Assembly: GCA_963822445.1 (NCBI GenBank)
Contig: CAWGHO010000002.1
Location: 384,001 to 448,000 of the forward strand
From: an uncultured Acidobacteriota bacterium
Lineage (GTDB): Bacteria; Acidobacteriota; Thermoanaerobaculia; Gp7-AA8
DNA: 64,000 nucleotides
Direction of reading: 5' to 3'
In this document: positions 57,402 through 64,000 of the stretch, one piece after another
How positions within the stretch are numbered: position 1 is the stretch's first letter
Layout of the letters: every line of letters begins with the position of its first letter
The notes under the pieces: generated by a model
What the model saw: only the letters and a program-made list of their open reading frames with translations
The model's database searches: none
What the model was told of the DNA's origin: nothing
Position numbers and translations under genes: made by a program

Positions 57402-59042
57402 TCAGAGTTGGTTCCTCGGCGGTGACGAGGGTTTCCGGATGGTGTTGGTGTTCGGTCCGACCTGTGTGTCCTTGAAGGCGTTCTTGCGGCCCTCTTTCGC
57501 CAGTTGAAGGAGCGCGCGGGCCCGGGTGACGATCGATTCCGGAGCACGCGGGTCATCGCCGAGGTTTTTCGCGAAGCGCTCGGCTTCGGGCCAGCGCTCT
57601 TCGCGCAGGTCTTCCTCGATCTCGGAGAGACGTGAGGCCCACACGGCGTCCTGCGCTTTGCGCGTCTCTGCCGCAACGCGCGCGACGGTCACCCGCGAGC
57701 GGAGAGCTGCGATCTGTTCGCGCTCTTCACTGAGGTCTTGCGCGCGGCGCTGTGCCAACTCCGCGATGCGATCGAGCTCCTCGATCGCAATGTCGAATCG
57801 CTCGAAGGCGAGGTCGTTTTCGGCGCGCGCGAGCCCTGTGAGGATCGCCTTGCGCAGCGCATCGAGCTCGTGGCGCTTCGCCGCTCCGTCGTCCACCGGA
57901 TCGCGCTCGACCGCTGCGAACGGCGTCGTCTTGACCGGCTCGCTCTTGCGAGCCTCGGGCTGCTGCGGGGGCGGCGGCAGTGCCAGGCCGGGCGTTTCGA
58001 CGAAGACCGGTGCGGGGATGGAGGTCGCGATGCGCGTTGTCGATGGCGCCGCTACTGGAAACGGCTGTTCGCGGAGCCGATCGCGAACCACGAACGACGC
58101 GGCGGCGAGGCCTCCTGCGATGGCAAATCCCGCGACCACCGCCGGTTTTCGCGATGGCGGCTCCTGAACGACGACCGGCAGGACTTCGGTAGTCGCATCC
58201 ACCTCGATTGGTGGCGGCGCGGAGACGAAAAAGCCGACGGCACCTTCGCGCAACGCCTCACCGAATGCGGCTGCCGAAGGGAATCGCTCGTCCGGATCAT
58301 GTCGCAGCGCGATCCGGACGGCCTCGCACACCCCGATGGGCAAGTCGGGCGCGAACGTGCGCAATTCGGGCGGCCCGACTACCCGCTCATGGATCTGTGC
58401 GAGATATTCACGCGCTTCGAAGGCCTGACGCCCGGCCACCATCCGATACAGGACGAGCGCGGCGCTGTAGATGTCGGTGCGGCGATCGAGGCTCCTGGCC
58501 TGCAACTGTTCCGGCGACATGTACGGCGGGCTGCCGATCAGCTGCAGCGAGGCGGTGATCCGCGGCGTTTCGCTGAGCAGCGCGATCCCGAAATCGGCGA
58601 GCTTCACGCGGCTGCCGCAGACCATGACGTTCGACGGCTTTACGTCGCGATGAATGATCTTCTCGCCGTGCACATACTCGAGCGCGTCGAGCACTTGCTC
58701 GAAGATCGGCAGCGCTTCTTCGAGTGTCAGCCGGGCGCGCGTCGAACGATCGAGGAGTGCGGCCAGCGTCTCGCCTTCGACGTACTCCATGGCGATGAAC
58801 AGCTCGTCGTGCTCGTCGATGAGATCGTAGACGGCGACGACGTTCGGATGCTGCAGGCGGGCCTGGGCCTGCGCTTCGCGCAGGAGACGTTGACGAAGTG
58901 CGGCATCTCCGGCGCTCTTCGGCAGCAGCGTCTTGATGGCGGCTGCGCGCCCGAGTGTCTCGTGGCGGCCTTTGTAGACGAGACCCATCCCGCCTTCCGC
59001 CAGAACCCTCTCAATCCGGTAAGACCCGATTCGCTCTCTCAC
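57402..59042 (-). CDS. Hanks-type Ser/Thr protein kinase with TM and helical extracytoplasmic domain
   Basis: EGGMGLVY, AIK, HPNVV, HRDVKPSN, DFG, YMSPEQ, DIYS; TM AVVAGFAIAGGLAAASFVV. Confidence 0.95.
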   Translation of the reverse strand: MRERIGSYRIERVLAEGGMGLVYKGRHETLGRAAAIKTLLPKSAGDAALRQRLLREAQAQARLQHPNVVAVYDLIDEHDELFIAMEYVEGETLAALLDRSTRARLTLEEALPIFEQVLDALEYVHGEKIIHRDVKPSNVMVCGSRVKLADFGIALLSETPRITASLQLIGSPPYMSPEQLQARSLDRRTDIYSAALVLYRMVAGRQAFEAREYLAQIHERVVGPPELRTFAPDLPIGVCEAVRIALRHDPDERFPSAAAFGEALREGAVGFFVSAPPPIEVDATTEVLPVVVQEPPSRKPAVVAGFAIAGGLAAASFVVRDRLREQPFPVAAPSTTRIATSIPAPVFVETPGLALPPPPQQPEARKSEPVKTTPFAAVERDPVDDGAAKRHELDALRKAILTGLARAENDLAFERFDIAIEELDRIAELAQRRAQDLSEEREQIAALRSRVTVARVAAETRKAQDAVWASRLSEIEEDLREERWPEAERFAKNLGDDPRAPESIVTRARALLQLAKEGRKNAFKDTQVGPNTNTIRKPSSPPRNQL

Positions 59043-59078
59043 GTGAACTTTCTCGCGATGACGGGAAAGACACGGACG

Positions 59079-60488
59079 TCACGATTTGGTTTTTCTGAAC
59101 GAGATGAATGCGGCGATCACGGTCACGCCGGCCAGCAGCAATAACGCGATTCCACCCGAGACGACCGGTGACGCCGCGTTCGGCAGGGTGGCAATCCGCG
59201 CTTCCCGGTACCGCTTGCCGCAGTCCTGGCTCGGTCCAGGCGCGACTGAAAAACCGGACCAGCGGTCGCGGAAAACATCGAGTCGATGCCCGTCCACGTC
59301 GACGGTGGAAAGGCGAATGTCCGTCCAATAACGTCCGGCCAGATCGCATTCGACGTCGCGCACGCTGCGGAATCCGCCCGCACCGCCGGAAGGATCCCGT
59401 TCCATGGCGATGGCCGTCCGGTCACCGCCGGGCTTTGCCACGATCACCTCGAGCGCGAGTGCGTACTCCCGGAATTCCTCGAAGGCGCGGCCGCTCCCGT
59501 CGGCCACACGATAGATGACCGGCACCCGATCGCATTGACTCAGCGACTCCCCTTGACGCGGACGCAGCAACGTCCCGCGCGGAAAAAACTGTTGCGACAG
59601 AATCCGCACGCGGGCGTCGGCGCGCGACTTCCGGATGATCCATTTGCCCGCCGACGGCCGCGGAACGACCAGCGTGGTCAGGACGTCGCCAAGCGGCACC
59701 GACTCGATGCCGTCGGCTCCGGCGCGAATCGGTCTTGCGCTGCCGGCAGGGAACACCTCGACCGTGACGGCCGGTGAAGGGCGGAAAATGTCGAACACGA
59801 TGAGATCGAGATACGGAGGCACGAGCAGCACATCCACGCCATGGCCGGTTTTGACAGCGGCGCTTTCGACGGTTTGTGTGCCGGCAAGGCGGCCGATCAC
59901 ACCGTGCGCCGATGCCAGCAGCCGATCGGGTCTGCCGGCCGCCAGTTCCACGCGTGCGAGCTCGCGCCAGAACGCGTGCGCTCGCCGATCGGTCAGAAGA
60001 ACATCCAAGGTGATCCCGGAACGCGCGATGAAACGCGACAGGTCCGCGCGATACGCATTCATATCGCGGCCGCGCATGTACGGCGCACCGTCGGTGAACA
60101 GTACGATCGCTCGGCGCCGTTCCGGTCTCACCGGCAGTGCAAGAAAAAGCCGCTCCGCGGCGATGAGCGCGGCAAGTACGTCGGTCTCACCGCGATCCTC
60201 GTAGCCGAGTGCGTCGAGCCGCGGTCCGAGCCGGCGTGCGGAGGTGAACGGCAGGTCGACTGTCGGCGCCGATCCGAATCGAATCACCGCCAGTCGATGC
60301 TCGAGTTGGTAGGCGGCCGCATTGCGCTCGAGCATGTCGGCCGTCATCCGCAGAAGAAGGACCTCACCGCGAGGATGGCGGGCCATGCTTTTCGAGCAAT
60401 CGAGCAGCACCACCAGATCCAGTCCTGCATCCGCTGAAGCCGCGATACTGACGGAAAGCAACAGAGCGAGCGCGAAGAAGCGGGTCAC
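59079..60488 (-). CDS. Exported vWA domain protein with C-terminal TM anchor
   Basis: Signal peptide; LVVLLDCSKSM, TDVLAAL, IVLFTDG; C-terminal TM and basic tail. Confidence 0.88.
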   Translation of the reverse strand: MTRFFALALLLSVSIAASADAGLDLVVLLDCSKSMARHPRGEVLLLRMTADMLERNAAAYQLEHRLAVIRFGSAPTVDLPFTSARRLGPRLDALGYEDRGETDVLAALIAAERLFLALPVRPERRRAIVLFTDGAPYMRGRDMNAYRADLSRFIARSGITLDVLLTDRRAHAFWRELARVELAAGRPDRLLASAHGVIGRLAGTQTVESAAVKTGHGVDVLLVPPYLDLIVFDIFRPSPAVTVEVFPAGSARPIRAGADGIESVPLGDVLTTLVVPRPSAGKWIIRKSRADARVRILSQQFFPRGTLLRPRQGESLSQCDRVPVIYRVADGSGRAFEEFREYALALEVIVAKPGGDRTAIAMERDPSGGAGGFRSVRDVECDLAGRYWTDIRLSTVDVDGHRLDVFRDRWSGFSVAPGPSQDCGKRYREARIATLPNAASPVVSGGIALLLLAGVTVIAAFISFRKTKS

Positions 60489-60535
60489 ATCGAAGAAGAC
60501 ACGGCGAAGCGGAACTCGGGTGTGACACGCGGCGT

Positions 60536-61093
60536 CTAGCGTTCCAGTTGACGGCGCACGTCCGCAATCTCCACATCGATGCGATCGATTGCGGCTTCGT
60601 TTCCTTCGAGCTCGGATCGCTTCGCGTCGAGGGCTCGCTGTGCGGCGGTGATCTCGGCCTTTACGTTCTGCACGTGCACGTCGGCTTCGTGCAGCTTATC
60701 GGTCACACTCGCTACTTCACGCGCAAAAGAGGAATTGAGCAACGCGACCGCACAGATCGCCGCGCCGGCCCTCGTGAGATTGGAGACTTCTCCGGAGAAC
60801 GCGTTGCCATCGCCCCAGGTGCTGCGCGCGGCGCGAATGCACTCCGCCGCCATGCGGTGATTCTCGATGAATCGATGCACCTCGGTGTTGTACGTCGCGA
60901 GGCCACCGTTCAACGAATCGAGCCGCTGCTGCGCTTCGCGCATCGCGTTCTGCCGCACCGTAAGGCGCTCGGCCAGATCGGTGCGTTGCCGCTCGAGCGC
61001 CGCCAACCGCGCCTGTGATCGCTTCGTTTCACTGTCGCAGCCGACAACGAGTGCCGCCAGCGCAACGATGCACGCCGTCCTGCGCACGGTCAC
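60536..61093 (-). CDS. Coiled-coil lipoprotein
   Basis: GTG overlapping the CHAT stop; lipobox LVVGC; heptad-rich helices around a Cys pair. Confidence 0.75.
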   Translation of the reverse strand: MTVRRTACIVALAALVVGCDSETKRSQARLAALERQRTDLAERLTVRQNAMREAQQRLDSLNGGLATYNTEVHRFIENHRMAAECIRAARSTWGDGNAFSGEVSNLTRAGAAICAVALLNSSFAREVASVTDKLHEADVHVQNVKAEITAAQRALDAKRSELEGNEAAIDRIDVEIADVRRQLER

Positions 61094-64000
61094 TGCGGGC
61101 GCTTCCACCGTCCCCGCGGATCTCCCGCGAGCGTAAACGCCGCCCAATACCTGGGGTCGGCGTACCGTTTGTCCTCCTTGGTCGCCAGTTGTGCCTGGCG
61201 CAAAGCCTCGGCCGCGGAAGCACCGGCGGCCAGCCGTCGATAGAACTCCTGCATCAATCCGGCAGAGGCCGCGTCGTCGATGTTCCAAAGCGTCGAGATC
61301 ACTCCGGGCGTGCCTGCATAGAGCAGCGCGCGTGTCAGTCCGACGATCTCATCGCCGCCGCTGCGCGCGCCGGCCGCCGACTGACAGGCCGAAAGCACCA
61401 CCAGGTTCACGCCCGTGAGATCGAGGGACGAGAGGATCTCGTCGACGGTCAAACGGCCATCATGTGTCTCGTCCCTGGCCAACGCGATCCGGCTGAATAG
61501 AGGATTCTTCGGATCGTAAACACCATGCGCCGCGAGATGGACCAGATCGAATTTGCCGTGCGCGTCGTAGAGCAGCGACTCACGAGCCGCGGCGCCGAGA
61601 AATGGCGTCGCGCCGAGAGTTCGAGCGATGCCGGTCGCTTCCTCCGCCGCGCCGGGCAGTTTGCTCATTGCGCTGTCCGGATCGCCCAGGATCAGAGCTC
61701 CGCCGTCGAGCGGCGATTCCTTGGCGCGCAGGAACCGCAATGCGCTCGCGCTCGGCGCGTACGTCAATGTGTAGTCGTCGATCAGATAGCGCTGGGTGTC
61801 CGGGTTGCGCAACGCCGCAAACGGTACGTAGTGCAAAACCCCATGCGGCACGATGACCAGCTTGCGGTGACGGATCGAATCGAGCAGCGGCGCGATCAGT
61901 CGCGCGAACGCGTCCCCGGACGTCGCGCCGGGTTCGCACGCACCGACCAGGCGGACTCCACGTACATCGACGGGCGGTCCGAACTGTGCTGCCCAACAGA
62001 CGATTTGTTGGAGACCGCTCTGGTCGACCGGCAGGGCCACACGGCGGGTGGCATCCCGGTCGAGCACCCACGCGTGCACGACCTTCTCTGAAACGTAGTA
62101 GCTGATGAGTGTGGTGTCGGGCGCCAACTCCTTCCGGACCTCTTCGATGCGAAGCGGCTCGATGTTCGTGAGCGACTCGTACTCCGGACTCGAAACCTTC
62201 ACCCGCGTCAGCACAATGCGGTAGCGCTGGCGCGCGCGCTGGAGATCGGCGGTGAGGCGAACGGCACTCTCGCCCTGCGCTAGCTGGGCCTCCCGCTCAC
62301 GCGCCGCAATCTCCGTGCGAAGGCTTTCCGCCTCACGGACGAGATGCGGTTCGGCGGTGCGCGTCGCGTTCAAGCGGTGATTGCCGACCATCTGCAGAAA
62401 CGCACGCGTGCGGGCGCGCTCCGCCTGCGCGAAGGCTTCCTCGGAACGTCCGGCCTTCACCAGCATTTCGATGAGCAGGTCGTAAAACGCGCGCCGGTTA
62501 CTGCCGAGGTAGCCCGAGAGCATCTCTTCGACCTTGATGTTGCTGGCCGATGCCTCTAGCACGCTCACGGCCTGCTCGACGTAGTTGATCCCCTCGTCCA
62601 GTTTCCCGTCATTCCAGTGACTCGCCCCGATCATGGCCAGAAGACCGGCCTTGATATCGCCGCTCGGATTCGTTTCGAGAGCCTGCTGCCACAGGGCGCG
62701 TGCACCCTCGCGATCCCCCTGATCGAAGTGAGTCTTTCCTTTGAAGAAGAGCGGCAGGGCCTGAAGCATGGGCAGTGCACCCTGGATCGCTTTTCCTTGT
62801 CCGCCCACAGGATCGCGTATCGTCTGCAAGGGAACCTTTCCCATCAGCAAGGCCTGTATCTCCGATGATTCGGTCATCGTTTCCAACGCCTGACCGACCT
62901 CGCTGACGGAGCCCTGGCGAGCCATGACCGCCTTCGCATTTCTGACGGCATCGACCATCGTGCTCGCCAACCTGAACCCGCTGCGGCTCGCCAACACGCA
63001 GGCGTTGTCGAGTGCCGATGTCGCGTCGTCGTGCATGTCGAGCTGCATCTGCACCTCGGCGAGCAGAATCCACATCGGCGCCTCGATATACGTTTCACCG
63101 AGCCCCTGATAGAGCTCGATGGCCTTTTCGAGGTGGCGCGCGGCGCTGCCGAACGACCCGCGGAACATGTGCAGCGTCCCGAGATCCGCATGGACCGATG
63201 CCTCGCGGAAGGCATCGTTGCTGTCCATCGCCAGAGCGAGCACGTCTTCGTAGAGCGCAAACGCGTGGTCGTAGCGGCCGGCCTTTTGCAGCAACTCTGC
63301 TCGATCTTCGAGAATCGCCCGTTCACGCCTGGCGTTCCTCGCGGCGCGCACGCTCTCGAGCGCCCGATCGTTCCACGCCAGCGCTTCGTCGATCCGCCCG
63401 GTGAGCATCTCCAGCTCCGCGAGCTTGCCGAGAATTGCCGGATCTTCTCCGGTATTTCCTGTGAGCACGCGCATGATGTCGCTTCCACGAAGCGCCTCGA
63501 GATAGCTCTCTCGAGCTTCATCGAGGCGCCACTGACGCCGGCGGAGATCTCCGAAATGGACGTCGACCGTGGCATTGACGATCCCGCCGTAAGCCGACAT
63601 GGCGTCTTTCGCCAGCGTCAGTTGCGACTCGGCTTTCTCCAGTTCCCCTGCTTCCATCAGAACGGCGCCGTATGCGTCGCGATTGAGAAACTCCATCGTG
63701 CGCAGCACTACCGGCTTGAGGATCTCCGGATAGTTGGCCAGCGGCCCCAGCATCTCGAAGGACATGCCGGACGTCGGGCCGAGCGCTTTCAGAGTCGCCA
63801 GTGAAAAGCGCGAACCCGGGGCCGCCGCTTTGTGCAGCATGGCCAGCACTCGCTCGTACGTGGCCATGGCGTCGGTCAGACGATCTTCGGACCTCTCGAA
63901 CGTGGCCAGCGCGATGAGACCGATCGCCGCGCTGAAGTGATCGTCGAGGGCGACGAACTTCGCCGTCGCCTCCTCGATCTCCGACCGCGCCGCAACTCCG
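61090..64000 (-). CDS. TPR-CHAT domain protein (caspase-like peptidase), 5' end beyond the window
   Basis: TPR repeats; AERAR, IVPHGVLHYVPFAAL, HLAAHG (His), VVLSACQS (Cys), STLWNIDD, YWAAF; the frame stays open to the window edge. Confidence 0.95.
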   Translation of the reverse strand, partial: GVAARSEIEEATAKFVALDDHFSAAIGLIALATFERSEDRLTDAMATYERVLAMLHKAAAPGSRFSLATLKALGPTSGMSFEMLGPLANYPEILKPVVLRTMEFLNRDAYGAVLMEAGELEKAESQLTLAKDAMSAYGGIVNATVDVHFGDLRRRQWRLDEARESYLEALRGSDIMRVLTGNTGEDPAILGKLAELEMLTGRIDEALAWNDRALESVRAARNARRERAILEDRAELLQKAGRYDHAFALYEDVLALAMDSNDAFREASVHADLGTLHMFRGSFGSAARHLEKAIELYQGLGETYIEAPMWILLAEVQMQLDMHDDATSALDNACVLASRSGFRLASTMVDAVRNAKAVMARQGSVSEVGQALETMTESSEIQALLMGKVPLQTIRDPVGGQGKAIQGALPMLQALPLFFKGKTHFDQGDREGARALWQQALETNPSGDIKAGLLAMIGASHWNDGKLDEGINYVEQAVSVLEASASNIKVEEMLSGYLGSNRRAFYDLLIEMLVKAGRSEEAFAQAERARTRAFLQMVGNHRLNATRTAEPHLVREAESLRTEIAAREREAQLAQGESAVRLTADLQRARQRYRIVLTRVKVSSPEYESLTNIEPLRIEEVRKELAPDTTLISYYVSEKVVHAWVLDRDATRRVALPVDQSGLQQIVCWAAQFGPPVDVRGVRLVGACEPGATSGDAFARLIAPLLDSIRHRKLVIVPHGVLHYVPFAALRNPDTQRYLIDDYTLTYAPSASALRFLRAKESPLDGGALILGDPDSAMSKLPGAAEEATGIARTLGATPFLGAAARESLLYDAHGKFDLVHLAAHGVYDPKNPLFSRIALARDETHDGRLTVDEILSSLDLTGVNLVVLSACQSAAGARSGGDEIVGLTRALLYAGTPGVISTLWNIDDAASAGLMQEFYRRLAAGASAAEALRQAQLATKEDKRYADPRYWAAFTLAGDPRGRWKRPQ

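Larger units (their letters stand above)
27947..64000. mobile_element. Putative tRNA-Met-anchored genomic island (no integrase seen; extends past the window end)
   Basis: Starts at the tRNA 3' end; att-like repeat; decayed genes; accessory conflict-type content; by eye more A/T at third codon positions than the left half. Confidence 0.55.

Overview
High-GC bacterial DNA; the gene content suggests Acidobacteriota, probably Thermoanaerobaculia (inference). Positions 1-27.8 kb look like core genome: SDR, PP2C phosphatase, peptidase/TolB/BamA-type outer-membrane protein, two YfbK-type vWA lipoproteins, FKBP, the glyoxylate shunt aceBA with a divergent RamB/ScfR regulator, a PadR module, bacilliredoxin, M48 protease, ECF sigma/anti-sigma and an FG-GAP protein. 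An initiator tRNA-Met (27870-27946), followed by a 13-bp copy of its own sequence, marks the start of an accessory island. The island begins with an unusual PLP-enzyme/alpha-toroid fusion and decayed genes. Its main content is a tightly coupled minus-strand operon of at least 20 genes (34490 to >64000). In order of transcription: TPR-CHAT protease, coiled-coil lipoprotein, vWA, Ser/Thr kinase, lipoprotein, Ig-like membrane protein, Zn-ribbon/Ig/Hsp70, degenerate Hsp70, membrane GrpE-like protein, Zn-ribbon/beta-propeller, vWA, membrane protein, giant tubulin/FtsZ-like GTPase with Zn ribbons, PEGA/YfaP-like protein (frameshifted), SSUH2-like DnaJ-Zn-finger membrane protein, His-Xaa-Ser repeat protein fused to a lectin-like domain, hxsD, hxsB, hxsC and a caspase-family protease. 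This tubulin + private chaperone set + His-Xaa-Ser radical SAM + dual caspase operon is the best candidate for an undescribed system. All family calls come from motif recognition by eye; no database searches were run.
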